Shown piece by piece: positions 36,626 to 49,957 of a stretch of 64,000 bases of DNA. The position numbers and the translations under genes are program-made. Source of the stretch: Trichodelitschia bisporula. Its lineage: Eukaryota. The stretch's first letter is position 1. Each line of letters starts with the position of its first letter. The notes beneath the pieces were generated by a model. That model made no database searches, had not been told where the DNA came from, and worked only from the letters and a program-made list of their open reading frames with translations. The stretch lies in NCBI GenBank assembly GCA_010356995.1, contig ML996690.1, forward strand, positions 1,148,217 to 1,212,216, in the 5' to 3' direction.

Positions 36626-38365
36626 ATGTTATTTCGGACTTGCCGTACATCCGCATAGTAATGAAGATACGTAGCGTGTAGCCATCGACACAGACTGACA
36701 TCTGCGGTATGCTTGAAATGGATACGGTGATTACATTGGTGATCTTCGACGTTCCTCGACAAATTTTTGGAAGCTTCTGGCAATTCGCGGTACGTGTCTT
36801 TCTGTGCTTCCGGTCTTCACATTGACCCGTGAGTCGCGTACTGTCGGGATCCCCCGGGTCCCGTTATCGGAAGTCGGACCACGCTCCGTGGCACGACTGA
36901 CCTCATGGTTCTGACTTCATCCTCAAGCTCAACATCGCACGTCATAATTCCAATGCTGCCTGCCATAAGGAGCATCTCATCCTACGCCTCGTTCATGTAG
37001 CCCGCGCAGCAGTTTATCCGCTATCCTGTCATTTCTCGTGACAGGCCCAGATCAAACATCTGGCCCCATCATCGCCCCCGGATCAAGATCTCGCCGCCAT
37101 CTGCAGGATGACGAGCGACATCTGTAACCAGGAATCGATTGGAGCTGGTATTTCTGTGAAACGCAACCACGGCCTACCGTTGGACTGGACGAATGTCGGA
37201 TTCCGATTTTGCGCTCGCAGTTTAGATCCATGGCGCTAACCGCCGACGACCTACCGTTTTCCATCACGCCAACTGGGCCGCGTCAGAGTCCTTTCCCGAT
37301 CCTGACTGCGAATCAGGTCTAGCTGTGGGATAATAGTCCGCGGGGTTTAAGCGCGAAATAAGCAAGGGGACGTCTGCGGCGCATTTGCGACGTCAAGGCC
37401 CTCACATAAATAGAGGCGAGATCTTCCCGGCCACCCGAGTGATACCTGGACGAGATTTGGATGGCTCAGTGGCTACAGTGAGGCGCGGGCAATATCATTG
37501 TCACCGTATACGGCAACTGGATTTTGAAAGTGAGATTCGAAGTGTGATGGCTAGATCACATCTCCCTCTCGTCCGAGATTTCCGTGTTCATCTGGCGTCA
37601 TGATGCGTAATACCGCAGCCAAAGCTCCCCTCATCTTGCACAAGCATGGGAGCCCGCGTGGCCCATATTGCGGAGTCCTCCTTCCGGTTCAGCAAATACC
37701 TTGGAATAGAACTACATCCCACAGACGAAGCTTAGCGCAATTGGCAACTCACATCACGAACGAACTCCCTAGAACCACGCTGAGCTCCGAGCGCCGCCGC
37801 CAGCGGACATGAGCGTTCTCTTCGCACGGAGTGATGTCTGGGCCCGAGCGGCATCGGGACTTGCACGTTTCGTATATACCGTACCTCGACCCGTCACGCC
37901 TGGGCTGCGCTCCCGTCTCTACCGGGTATCCCACGCAGCCACCCGCTGCCGTTTCGTTTATGAGCCCTACAGAGACGAGGATGTGGGATTCCGCTGCCGG
38001 GGAATGCAAACAAGCGGCTCTTTAAGTTGAAACACGCAGCGCTGATAGGCCCCGGAAGGCAGAGGTACCCTCCCCTAAGGCAGGCCACGCCGTCCTTGAC
38101 AAAGCTTATCCAGCCCAGAAGACACTCGGATATACAGCATTTTCGGGGGCGGTGGATCCTTAATCTTGGGGGCGCGGCGACGGGGGCCGGGGTGCTCGCA
38201 ATCCAGCCTCGCCGCTCCGAAACGCAGCCGTGCTCATATTTAGGTCCCCGACGGCATTCGGTGGCAGCGGGGCGCATATCAGTATATCCTTTTTTCTTTT
38301 TCTCTCGTTTCGCTTCTCGACCCTCCTTGACGGAATTTTTCTTTTGTTTCTAAACTTTTGCAATC

Positions 38366-40324
38366 ATGCGTTCCATCCTCGTAGCTGGTCTCTACGTCGC
38401 ACTTGCGCTGGCCGCACCTGCACCCGCCCCCATCCCCATCGCCGCATTAGACGCCACAGAGACCACCGAAACATCCCAAGGAGCCGACGCCTGGCCCTGG
38501 GGTGGCAGTGGGAGCAGCAGCAATCGAAAGAACGGAGGCTCGAATCCGAACGGCGGTGGCCTTTTCGGCCTCGGCGGTAGCAGTCGCCCCAAACCGACCG
38601 GCTCGTCATGGCCCAGCTTGTTCGGCGGCGGGTCGAAGCCGTCGTCCTCCGGCGGTCTCTTCGGCGGCAGCAGCGGCGGCTCGCTCTTCGGCGGTAGCAA
38701 CGGTGGTTCTCTCTTCGGCGGGAGCAACAGCGGCGGCGGGCTAGGCGGCTTGCTTAAGGGCTGGCCGAAGCCGGGCGGAGACAGCTCGCCATCGCCACCG
38801 AAGGCGGAAGTCCCACCGCAACCCGAGGCCGCGGAGGCGCCGGCTACGGAGGCGGTCCCTGAAGTTGCGCCTGCGGTTGAGATTCCGAAGCCGGAGGCCG
38901 AGAGCGCGGCGCCGCCTAAGGCTGAGAGTCCGCCTGCGTCGGCTGAGGCTGAGCATAGCGCGCCGCCCAAGGCTGAAATCCCGCCAGCCTCGTTGGAATC
39001 CGAACACAGCGCGCCGCCGGCGGCAGATGCGGGAACTGGAACTGGTGTCCCGGAGCTGAATCTCACGCCTGAGCACTCGGGCGAGACGCTGCACGACTCG
39101 GCTGCGTCGCCCAAGGCCGAGGCGCCGGAGTCCACGAGCGAAACGCATCATGAATCCGCCGCGCCGCCCAAGACCGAAACGCCGAAAGCAGAAGCAAAGC
39201 CCAAGCCCGCGAAGAAGCCGCAGGAAGCACCAGTCTCCCGCGGCAAACTCTGGCAACCAAAAGTCGGCTCCAAATTCCAAATCATCCTGCACAACGTGCC
39301 GGATACCTCGCAGCCGCTCGAGCCGGTTGATGCCAAGATCTGGGACATCGATCTGTTCGACACCAGCAAAACCCATATCGGGAATCTGAAGAAGCGGGGG
39401 CTGAATGTGATTTGCTACTTCAGTGCGGGCACGAGCGAGGATTGGCGGCCGGATTATGCGCAGTTGAAGGCGTATGGGAGTGGGGATGTGTGCGATGATG
39501 CGAAGTGTACGTCCAAGTGGCAGGGGGAGCGGTGGCTGAATATTAAGAATGCGAAGAGTTGGAGTGTGCAGACGCCCACGCAGGAGTTGCCGCCGGTGTG
39601 GAGGGTTATGCGGACGAGGATAAAGATGGCGCATGAGAAAGGGTGTGATGCTATTGACCCGGACAATATGGGTATGTCTATCAATTTTACTACTAAGGAG
39701 CGAGGCTAATGACCGCCAGACGGCTTCGACAACAAAAACAGCTACAAGCTCACCGAAGCCGACTCCATCAACTTCATCAAATTCATGGCCGCGGAAGCCG
39801 CGCAGTACAACATGTCCACGGGCCTGAAGAACGCAATCGCCATCCTCCCCAAGGTCGAAGAATACGTCCAATTCGCAGTCAACGAGGAATGCGTCCAGAA
39901 CAAGGAATGCGGTGGATATCGCAAGTTCTTGAACTCTGGGAAGCCGGTCTTTCATATTGAGTATACGGCGGATGGGACTGCGAGCCGGGGAGGTAACGCG
40001 CTGTACCGCGATGTCGGGAGTGCGACGAAGAAGTATTGTAACCCCCTGGGTCCGACGGCCCGTTTCTCGACTATCATTAAGGGGAAGAGTTTGAATGGGA
40101 AGTATCTCTACTGCGATGGTAGCTTGCCAGGCCAGACGAAGACGGTGAAGGTGGAGGGTTCCGGTGGAGGATTGAATAAGAAGGGCGGCAAGTGGGCGGA
40201 GATGGACGAGGCGGAGGAGGTGTCTGGCGAAGAGGCGGGCGCGGAGGTTGGGCAGGTGCATGAAGCAGCAGAAACCGAAGAGCATGAGGAAGCCTGGGAG
40301 GCGGGCTCGGGAGACGAGGTGTAG
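38366..40324 (+). CDS. Secreted GH114 (endo-alpha-1,4-polygalactosaminidase-like) with long low-complexity N-terminus; intron approx. 39672-39718
   Basis: Signal peptide MRSILVAGLYVALALA. Motifs 'WQPKVGSKFQI', 'DIDLFD', 'VICYFSAGTSEDWRPD', 'KGCDAIDPDNM|DG', 'GLKNA', 'FAVNEEC' and 'KPVFHIEY'. Confidence 0.92.
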
Positions 40325-40990
40325 AGGCTTTGTGCATTTTGGAGGAGCCGGGAGTTACTTCATGTACATAACATTCACATTCTTCTTTCCCGCCTGCCAC
40401 ACGGCTTGACTTCGAGCCGCGCGGGCTGGCGGGTGGAGTTTACGGGACTGCTGGCGCCGGCAACAGCGTTTTTCCCGAGCATGATATCCGAGCAATGACT
40501 GAACGAGCGAAATGCATTTTCACTTCCCGAGTTGCCGTACTTACAACCTGTGACGTGCTACGCCTTCCAGATGCGGTACATAACTCCAGCGTCCGAGTGT
40601 ACGCAGATTGAGCCGTTTCAGCTGTACCCACACCGGGGATAGGATCCTGGTTGGCAAGGCTGTCCTAGCCTTGGGAATATCGGGGATCTCCACGGATATA
40701 TGATGGGCCAGGACTGCCTAGACCCAAGGACTAGGGTTAGGGGGTTAGGTCTGGCCAATAACAAATTTTGGAAGGAAAGTCTTTTTGGCGCCTGGTATTT
40801 GGGGAGCCTGGAGGAGATTCAGCGGAGGACGTGACTCACATGACCCAATCTAGATCATCTCCATGGGAGAGGTAGCAGCCGCAGCTTACACTACGCGCGT
40901 CACGAACGATATCCACGAAGCACAGGAGTACCAAAATCAGGCACAAGATATCTTCCATTCTAGTCCATCCAACTCAGCCCAACAACCCCC

Positions 40991-42900
40991 CTAAAGCGCC
41001 TTCTCAGCCCACTGCCTAAACCCACTCTTCTCTGGCTTCTCCACATCACTTCCCTCGACAGGAACACCATCAATCTCCATCGCATCAAAGATCTCATCCG
41101 GCAACACCGCCCTATCAATCATCGTCTCGTGCGGGGGCCAAATCTTCGATACGGCAAAGTAGACCAGGCCCGTCCCCGCCGTGCCCAAAAACCAACCAAA
41201 CTGGTACGGGTGGATCCCGACCCCGACGTCAATGTTGTTATTAATCCCGTTGACGAACCCGGGAAGGTTAGGGGCGACGCCGACGAGGAAGGCGCCGATG
41301 GCGCGCCAGTTTGTCCCCCAGGTGTAGCGGTAGATACCCTCCGGCCGGTAGAGTTGGAGGCAGTCGTATTTGCGGTGGTGGATTATGAAGAAGTCGAGGA
41401 CGATTATGATGGCACTGGGAGGGGGGGGGGGTTAGTGGGCTTAGGGAAGGGTTTTTTGGGGGGGGGCTTACATTGGCCCGAGGAAGATGGCGTACGCGGC
41501 CATGAAGTTGAGGAAGCTGCCTGCGGACGCGAGCACCTTCCACGGCACAAGGGCCCACGCCAGGAGTGCGCAGATCAGCTGTCCGCGGCGAATATTGATG
41601 TAGCTCGGGAACAGTGCCATGAGGTCATTCGCCGCGGATAGCGAGTTCGCGCTGATATTCACACCAAGCGAGGCGAAGGCAAAACTAAACGCAGCGAAGA
41701 AGCGACAACTCCGGTCCGTCCAGTTCGCAATCAGGTCCATAGGGTTCCACTGGATCTTACCGTAGCGCTCGGCGCCGGCGGAGGTGGCGCTGATGCCGAT
41801 GAAGGCGACGAAGGTGAAGACGATCGGGAGCATGGGGACGTACATCCATTGCCACTTGACGGAGACGCGGGAGTAGCGGCTGAAGTCGGCTTGGTTGACA
41901 GAGAGGGTGCAGAAGTTGCCGATCACGGAGGTGAGGCCGGCGAGATAGGCCCAGGAGTAAGCTGGGCCTGTGATGGTACTTTTCTGCGCCCAGAAGGACC
42001 CGCCGCCGTCCGTGGACACGAAGGCCCAGATTAGGATTGCGATCCAGGCGATGGGGACGATGATGCCCTTGGCTAGAAACATCCACCTCAAAGTATTGGG
42101 GTGCATGTACAGGAAGGGGAGCTGCGCGATCCAAAAGAGCAAGAAGCAGATCATGAGCTGCGTCGTTATGCCCTGGGACTCCGGGATGTGGTTCTTGAGC
42201 CGCAGGAAGGAGGGCCAAATGGCACCGAGCATGACTTGGGTGGCGGAGGCGCCGTTCATGGTTTGGATTGCGAACCAGAAGATGGCGAGGATGGCGCGCG
42301 AGATGATGGCTACGTAGGAGCCCCAGAAGCCCCAGCTGGCGCGGGCGAGGACGGGGAAGGGGGCGTGGTAGAGGACGCCCATTGCGCCTGTGGGTATGTT
42401 AGTGGAGCTCTCGGGCTGGGCTAAGTGACAGACGGCGTACCATTGAGGGCAATGACGATGGAAATCGTGAAGAAGCTAATGGCCACGATGCCAATTGACT
42501 CGCGCCAGGTCAGGCCGATGGCGATGATGCTGGACGCGAACTGCCATGTTGCGGTACTGTTTCTTAGCTACGCCTCAAGCATGTTCGCGGAGCTACTTAC
42601 TTCCAGGCGTCGGACTGCCAGTACGAAATAAGGGAGATTGCGGTCCATCTGTTCAAGATTGAGTTAGCAGACGTTCACGATCGCGTCCAGCCCGGTTACC
42701 CGGCAGACAGGCGATGAGCTCCCCTCCCGCCCACACCTTCTCCAGAGCAACCAAACAGTCGAGCAAACATACTTGCGCTTATGCCTTGGGACCGGATCCA
42801 AATCCTCATTTGTCCACCGATGATGTCCCTCCGCAAACGTGCTCTTCGGCTGCTCAACCCTGAGCTTCGGGGCCCTAAACTTAGGCGCTTGAAACTTCAT
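40991..42900 (-). CDS. NCS1-family nucleobase/allantoin permease (Fur-type), multi-exon
   Basis: 'RWTNEDLDPVP', 'YWQSDAW', 'FPVLARASWGFWG', 'NQADFSRY', 'NDLMALFPSYINIRRG', 'PWKVL' and 'NWRAIGAF'. Confidence 0.92.
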
Positions 42901-43018
42901 CCTGCCTTGACGAGCAACACGTTCACCCCTCCCCACCCCCGCGTCCCAACCCACAGATTATATCCCAGACTACGAGCCGACAACCAGGCGCGCGGAAAGG
43001 CCCGAATTCGCCGCTGCC

Positions 43019-43224
43019 GATAAGATAACGCCCGCGCGGTCAGCTTCCAGACCCCGCGGCCCAGATACCGAGCCCACGATGCACGCAAATGTCCAGCCGG
43101 GTTTATTCCCGTGTCTGCACAAGCGGCTCGCGTGGGCGTCTTGTGGCTGCGGGATGGGCGTGTGGGAGGTGGTGGGGGAGGTGGTGGAGGTCCGGGGTGC
43201 CCGTGATACGGCAGATAAGATATG
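43019..43224. promoter_or_regulatory. Tandem GATA sites upstream of the NCS1 permease (candidate AreA/NIT2 nitrogen-regulation elements)
   Basis: 'gataagataac' at 43019-43029 and 'cagataagata' at ~43212-43222, 120-320 bp upstream of the ATG. The function is inferred from known AreA control of nitrogen-source permeases. Confidence 0.5.
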
Positions 43225-43860
43225 CAGCCTCGCTGATCCTAGGCTGGATCGGGCATGTGGTCACTGCGTCTGCGTGGGCGGCATGCTGGCCGGACGGGGA
43301 ATATGCGACTAATATCTGTTGGAGCGAGGTTGTGTATCTCTGTGGCGAGTTTTGTGGTGAGCTGTTGTCAATATCGGCTTTGTGAGTGGCTGGGAAGCGA
43401 AGGTGATATTCCCCGATGCTTGAAGAGAGCAGTCGAATCTGAGGTCACAACTTGTTCCATTGTTTAAAGGGACCTCACCATTGGCGCGGGGTTCCATATA
43501 CAGATAACGCATGCGTCGAAGAAGTTAGTACAAGCGGAACAGCTGCGCAGTGGGAGTGTCATGATGTTGAAAGGCCTGGTTTCGCTAAGTCGCAGCGATA
43601 GCTTGAAATGCCTAATTTGTGAGCAACTGGACGTCAAGCAACTGGCGGCGGGATGATGGAAGCTATTGCTCCCCCACATTCTTCGGAGTACTTCCCCGCC
43701 ATAGCTCCCTCGCCCCGCTCGCAAGGGCCCCGCTATCAGCCATCACTAAACCCCGCGCCGGAATCTCGCCCCATCAGCATTTAGCTCGGACATTAGGCTA
43801 GCCGGAACCGTACTTTACAGAAGAATGGCGATGTTGAAAAGCTTCGGCTTCACGAAGTCG

Positions 43861-44130
43861 CATGCTGATGGGAGCAAGGCTCTAACACGTGCAACGGCAA
43901 CTGTGTGAACTGAAGATTGAAGTAGAAGACAAAGAGAGGAAGAGAGGAAGAGCCTCTCGAGACTTAAATACCAACGTACACTATGCCAAGTATCCTGGGA
44001 GGATACGTGGAAAGAAGTCCATTTAGACATGAGAGACCTCGCCGCTCATTTCTCTTCCTCTTTGTCTTTGCCCTTTCAATCATGCACTCGCGGTTCGACA
44101 GGTATGTCATGATGATGCTCTCATCAGCTC
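43861..44130. repeat. Dispersed repeat copy C plus an inverted degenerate copy, forming an imperfect palindrome of ~270 bp centred at ~43998
   Basis: Arms pair as gtatcct-ggg-aggatac at the centre, gattgaagtagaagacaaagagaggaagaga (43915-43945) with tctcttcctctttgtctttgccctttcaatc (44051-44081), and gctgatgggagca (43864-43876) with tgctctcatcagc (44116-44128). Confidence 0.8.
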
Positions 44131-44316
44131 TGGCTTCGCTATATCGCAGACGGCAGCTCGGATTTCCGAATTAGAACTAGGAAGTACTGGATATCGACAA
44201 TAGCGGTGGGATGCTTCCAGCTAGGTCTCCCCCCGCTATCACTCATCACCAACCCCCATATCAGAATCTGACATAGCTAGAATCCAGCTCCTCTCGCAAA
44301 CAGGCACCGTCCACCG

Positions 44317-46042
44317 CTACGCCCGCCCCACACTCGACCTCCTCCTCGCCTCCAACACAACCCTCTGAACCCCCTCCTCCACAATCGGGCCATGATACAC
44401 CTTCCTCGCGCGGACCCAATACCACACCCCACTGAGAATCATAATCCCCCCCGTAACCACAATCGAATAATTCATCGTATCCGGCTTAACCGGCGTCGCC
44501 GGCGGCCACACGCTCCAAAAGATGACGAAAACCATGTACGTGCACGCGTACACGTTGTTCAGCGTCCCGAACCAGCCGGGCAGGCGCCAGGGCCCCCAAA
44601 CAAGCCGCCTGTGCGCAAGGACGTCGAGTACCGCGCCCGCAACGGGCTCAACGCCTTTCTCTTCCCCCTCCACCGCAGTCTTCTCCGTCGTCTCCGGCTC
44701 CAACTCCTCCAGACTCCCATGCGGTGCAATCTCCCCCTTCAAGCGCCGCCAGAGCAAGAACCCACACGGCGCGAGATAACTCCCATAAAACCCCGTGATA
44801 GTCAGCGAAATGACGTCGTTAAACGCCGTGCTGCTCCCGATATAGATCACCGCCAACAACCCCGCAAACCCCGCCACAGTCACCAGCGCCACAACCGGAA
44901 CGCGGGTCCGACGACTCACGCGGCTCAGCACGCCAGAAAACGGCGTGCCATGGTCGCGCGCAAACGCCCACGTCATACGGCTGCTCGTCGTCGTGATGCC
45001 CAGCGCACACGCCCAAGTGACCACGAGCACTACGACCCCAAGCCCGATCGCCGGCCCCGCGGACCCCGTCGCATTGAGGAAGATCTGCAGGAAGGGAAAC
45101 CCGGTCTTGGTGTCTAGGACGCTGTCGACGTCGCCGAGGCTGTACAAAGTCGTGACCATCATCGCGAACCCGATTAGTCCGTTGACGATCATGGCGGCGC
45201 AGATGGCGCGCGGGATGTTCACGGCCGCGTTGGATACCTCCTCCGCCATGTGTACGCTGGCATCCGCGCCCACGAACGTCGCCACATTGCCCAGGAAGCC
45301 GACGCAGAAGCTGAGTCCCTGCGTGGGCCACCCCCCGCCGTTGCGCACCGTGGTCCACACACTCGCCGCGGAGCCCATATCCGCCGTACTCAGCAGCGTC
45401 GCCAGCACAGCCACAAACCCCGCAATATGCACCGCCATAATCCCAATCTCAAACCTTGGCAGCCACCCCGGGATGAAGACATTGATGGCGACGTTAACGA
45501 CCAGCACGGCCCAGGCCAGCAACGTGCTGTGCCAGCGCTGCGGCATGTAGCTCGCGTAGTTGAGCACCAGCAGGCCCTGCAGCATCTGCCCCGCGAACAT
45601 GGACTCGATGGCGACGGTTGCGATCCAGGCGAGGCTGGTCAGCCAGCCGATGACGTAGCTGAACGCTTTTTTGTAGCCGGGGGGCGCGAGCATGGCGACC
45701 CAGTAGTATTGCCCGCAGGCGATGGGGGCCATGGAGGCGAGTTCGGCGATGCAGGCATAGACGGATCTTGGGGGGGGGGTTAGTTAGTGTGTGTGGGTTA
45801 GGTGATTGGGAATTTGGGCGAGGGTGTAGGTACAAGGTAGACAGCCATGCGATCAGAAACCCATAAATCGCGCCGGCGGGCCCGCCGTTTTCGAGGGGCT
45901 CGGAGAAGAGCGCGAGGACGGTTTCCCAGGTTATGAGTTCGCAGATGGCGAAGGCGAAGAGGGACCAGAAGCCGAAGCGCCGTTTTAGAACTTGGGTTTT
46001 GCCTAGGAGGGCGAGGGTGTCGACGTCGGTTTCCAGCGCCAT
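44317..46042 (-). CDS. APC-superfamily amino-acid/choline/GABA permease; one intron near 45830-45766
   Basis: 'LKRRFGFWSL', 'NGGPAGAIYG', 'AELASMAPIACGQYYWV', 'GADASVHMAEEV', 'SSRMTWAFARDHGTPFS' and 'MNYSIVV'. Confidence 0.92.
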
Positions 46043-46734
46043 TGCGATTCTATTTTTTTTTTCAATCAAGAGCCGGGAAAAGGCGCGCAGTGAGGTGAGG
46101 AAAGGGTGGCTAGAGAAGATGGAAAACTGGCACTCGAGGCCATGCTGCTTTCAAGTACAAATTTGCGCCTCGCGAAAAGTGCGGGGTGGACTGGGCTGCT
46201 ACTACTTGTACTAGTTACTGCACGTTCGACGGGTGGTGACAGAAGCCGTGGGGTGCGGCGTGTTTTGCGGCGTGTTTTTCTTCCCCCGCGCGCCCCCCTC
46301 GTGCTCATCTGATCGGCAAGCGCGGGAAAGCAGGGTCAGAACGGGTTTGTCATGGTTTACAACTGCGTCGCGTGAGTGACCTTGGATCTGGGAAGATGCG
46401 GTCAGCGGTGGGATGGTGGGGGTGAGGGGATCGGCGGTTTGGTGCACAGCTGGGGATTGCCGGGATCTCGGGTAGCTGGTGGTGCCGATGGCCCAGTTCG
46501 GTGCGGATTTCGGGAAGGACAAGATACCAGATACGGAGAAAGCCAATTGCCTTATCACCCGGGATCTATTGCACCGATTCGGGCTAGTTTTTTTCTTCCT
46601 GTGTTTCCGAGGAGTTAGATGCAAGCTACGGGTATCGCGGCGGGAGCTTAGCGAAGCTTAGCAGGCTTAAGCATAATTTTTCCTGATAATCCGAATATAC
46701 GAAAGCACAGTACCCATCATCCAACACAACCCAT

Positions 46735-48106
46735 TTACAACGCAGGCGGCGCCGGCGGCGCCATGCCCTGCGGATTCATCCCCTTCGGCCCGCCCTGCCC
46801 CTTCGGTCCCTTCGGCGGCCCGCCCTTGCCAAAGAACCCGCCAAACAGCGCACCCAACGCATCCCCCAATGCGCCAAACGGATTCGGCGCGGCCTTGCAC
46901 CCGTCCGCCCCGCAGGTCGCCGCCGCCATAACACGGCGATTAGCGCTGGCATCAATGCCAAAGTTGGACCAGGCGAAGATGCCGTCCGCAAGCGTGTTGC
47001 CCAACAGCACGTACTCGACGACCGGGTCCGAACCCCCGGCGGATCCCTGCTGGACGAGGAAGTCTTGCGCATTGAGCATGCGCTGGTTTTTGTTTGTGCT
47101 GTAGGGGGGGATGGCGGAGACGGCGTCGAGGAGGGCTTGGTCGAAGTACAGTTGCCCGACGTGGGCGACGCGGCCGCCTGAGATGGTGTTGTTGGGGTTT
47201 ATGGTGACGTTGAGTTGGGTCATGACTTGGGAAGGGGGTTAGCTGGGTGCTCGCAAGGCTGGGTAAAAGGGGGGGGGGAGGATATGTACCATGGACATGG
47301 TTCGTACGCCCCATATAATGCCCCGGCATGACGGTCTGGAACACCACGGCGCCTTGCTTGTCGGACACCTGGATGCCGCGCAGAGCCTTGTTCTGCAGAT
47401 TGCTCGTGTCGGCGGCGTTGCCGTTGCCGAACCCACCGATGCCGCTGTACACGCCGCTGCTGTTGGCGTGCCAAAGGTCGACGGCGATGCCGGGCACGGG
47501 CGTGCAGGATTTCATGTCGATGATTTGCACGTCCAGGTGCAGGGCTACGCCGGGCTCCTTTTCGCGGATGTCGCGCCGGATGAACTCGCCGGCGATGTCT
47601 GGGGGATGTTAGAAGAAAGTGGTAATTGGCTGGTCGGCTGGGGGAACGCACAGTACGGCCCCTCCGTCACCTCGGGTGACAGAATCGTCGTCTTGTTCTG
47701 GCCGAGCAGCGCCCAATCGACGTCAAACCCGCTGCTCAGGCCGAGGCCCGGAATCTTCAAATCAGACTTGTGCGTCTTAGCCAGGGGCCCGGCCGTGACC
47801 TGGCGGGGGCGCAGGTGAGGCGCTACATTCATCAGCCTCGTCCATAGATCGCACATATGAGTAGACCAACGCACCATCCGGATCCAGCCCGCGCTTCTGC
47901 CGCAGGTGCCTTAGCATCTCGCGCCTCCGCTCAACCGTACGCTGCATCTCGCCGCGACTCGCCAGCTTCGACGCGCAGTGCACGAGATCCGATTTCTCCA
48001 GCGTGGCCATGTACGCCGCGCGCTCGCGCATCTCGGCCGTGCCATCGTGGCCGGGATGCGCGGCAGCCAGACCGGCACCCAGAACAAGCAGATTCAGAAG
48101 CACCAT
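46735..48106 (-). CDS. Secreted intradiol ring-cleavage dioxygenase-like protein, 4 exons
   Basis: Signal peptide followed by 'HPGHD'. Motifs 'LSPEVTEGPY', 'DLWHANSSGVYSG', 'LRGIQ', 'PGHYMGRTNHVH' and 'HVGQLYFDQ'. Confidence 0.9.
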
Positions 48107-49957
48107 TGCGTAGTAGTCCGAAAAAGGAGTGATCGAAAACGAGCGTGAGGTTCAGATCCAGCACCCGCAGCCTCGCGCCCCGCGGCTTTACATATGTCCC
48201 ACGCCATGCGCAGGGGTGCTCACCACGCGCAATAAACCAGTCTTTGCGCTTAGTACCCCGCGTACGCCTCGAGGCACCAACGCGTGCAATACAGGGCCGT
48301 CCTGGTCGGATGATCCGGGGGCGGAAGGCGTTCGGTAGGGCTCAGCATCTACCTCCCCCCCATAAACACACAGCGCAGTCTCCATTCGCACCGCGAAACT
48401 ATGAGCATAACGCCATCGGGCCCGGCCGCATAGGCAAGGCGGCAGGTTGCCCCGGCCTATCGTGAACCCGTCCGTTTACCACAAGGGCTTGCGAAGCGCT
48501 TGCCCGGAGCAGCGATACCTCCACGGAAAGTCGGGAATTCCGAGGGGGGGTAGGTCCCCGCGCGGAGGAGGGGTGGCGGGCGAGGCCGTCGGTGCCGAAC
48601 GCAGCTATGGGAAGCTAGACCAGGCACGCGCCATTGCCACGGATAGAGCGGTGCGGAGAATTAGGCGTTGGTTGCCCTGGCTGGGGGAGGCGAGGCTGTT
48701 GACGAGTTGTGTGGTGCGCGGGACGGCGGGAGAGGGCCAACGTCCAGGGCTTTTTGGGGGGCTTTCGGCATTTCCACAAGGAAGTTGGGTTTGCGATTCT
48801 CCCGTACTCATGATGCGATATGCTTTGGAAGAACGTTGGGGATGTGGTGAGGCGAGGCTCAGGTGATCGCAGGCTGAGGGTTGGGGTTAGGGCTCGCGGT
48901 GCCTGCGTCGGCTAGAGGCTGATCGGCGGCCAGCGCGGTTGGCGGTCGGGTTCGGCGCGGGTGTTCACCTTGGGAGCGGGTAAGAATAAGAGAGCGAAGG
49001 GAGAAAGCGGTTTGTTCAAAGAGAGTGGGGGTCGCCATGCATAGGAAGATCGACATGCCATGGCTCGTGGTGTGAGCCGCAGTCGTTACCCGGCAAGCAG
49101 CTTACCCAGCAGTCAGCCAGAGTCCAGCAGTCTCAACGAAAGAACACGCGCTCTGCTAGTTCTAGCTCCTCTGCTAGTTCTAGCTCCTCTTCTACTCTGA
49201 AACCAGTCTTTCGACGATATTCGCCCGTCACAAGCACATGTCATGGCGTCTGTCAAAGAATCTAACTATCACATTAGCTCAACAAGCAGCGCAGCCTCGT
49301 AGCGAAATGCATGCCGATCGCGCTCCGCCATCCATACTTATTACTCATTTTCTCCCATTCAATTGGCCCCTCAAAATGGCTTGTGCCCGTAGCAAAGCAT
49401 AAAATCTCCGTGCATAGTACCTCGCAGCACACCACCGCGTCCGCAGCAAGATTTTGCCGCTTCCGTTCAGCTGGGCAGCAACGCAGGAAGTATTCCGCTG
49501 CGATAAATAGGGTTCACATCAGATAAGGTTGGGGCCTTTCTGTATACTGCGCTAATGGTTCCCGGAGAGCTGGTAATTTGGCTGCTGTTCGTTGACGGTT
49601 GCCGATGAGGACTCAGTCATTGTCGGCCAGATTATTAGGGTCTTTTGCCCTGCGTCATTCCTCCAGCCTTTGCCATGTGATTGACGTTCGACGTTCAGAG
49701 TCGGGTGCAATTCCAGCCTCAGGAACTACTTTCTGAGGCCTAGGAACAATCCGATCGTTTCGTCGAAGCCTAGCAGACGAACTTGCTCTACTCGTCAAAC
49801 GTGCATGGACACCATCTTATCGCGGAGAAGACTCCTAGGTCTTTCAAGCACTAAACGTCCAAGACGCCATTGCTGTCAAGATTAGCCGCGTACGCTCTCT
49901 CAGCACGTTCTGATCATGCGACGAACCTTAAGAGCTAGCCGTCCCCCGACCTTGTAC

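Noticed and set aside
38741..40285. Long antisense ORFs (514 aa here; also 19068-20243, 23330-24139, 44392-45117 and others)
   Set aside because: They are shadows of GC-rich real genes on the opposite strand and have no recognisable motifs.
40731..40750. Telomere-like TTAGGG fragments (also ~18773 and ~48875)
   Set aside because: Only 1-2 imperfect units each, as expected by chance in G-rich sequence.
8817..42900. Possible pyrimidine-utilisation cluster (URC4, Zn2Cys6 factor, NCS1 permease)
   Set aside because: The genes are spread over more than 30 kb among unrelated housekeeping genes, and no URC1 or uracil phosphoribosyltransferase partner is seen.
49151..49190. Tandem CTCTGCTAGTTCTAGCTC x2
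   Set aside because: A simple two-unit slippage duplication with no further structure.
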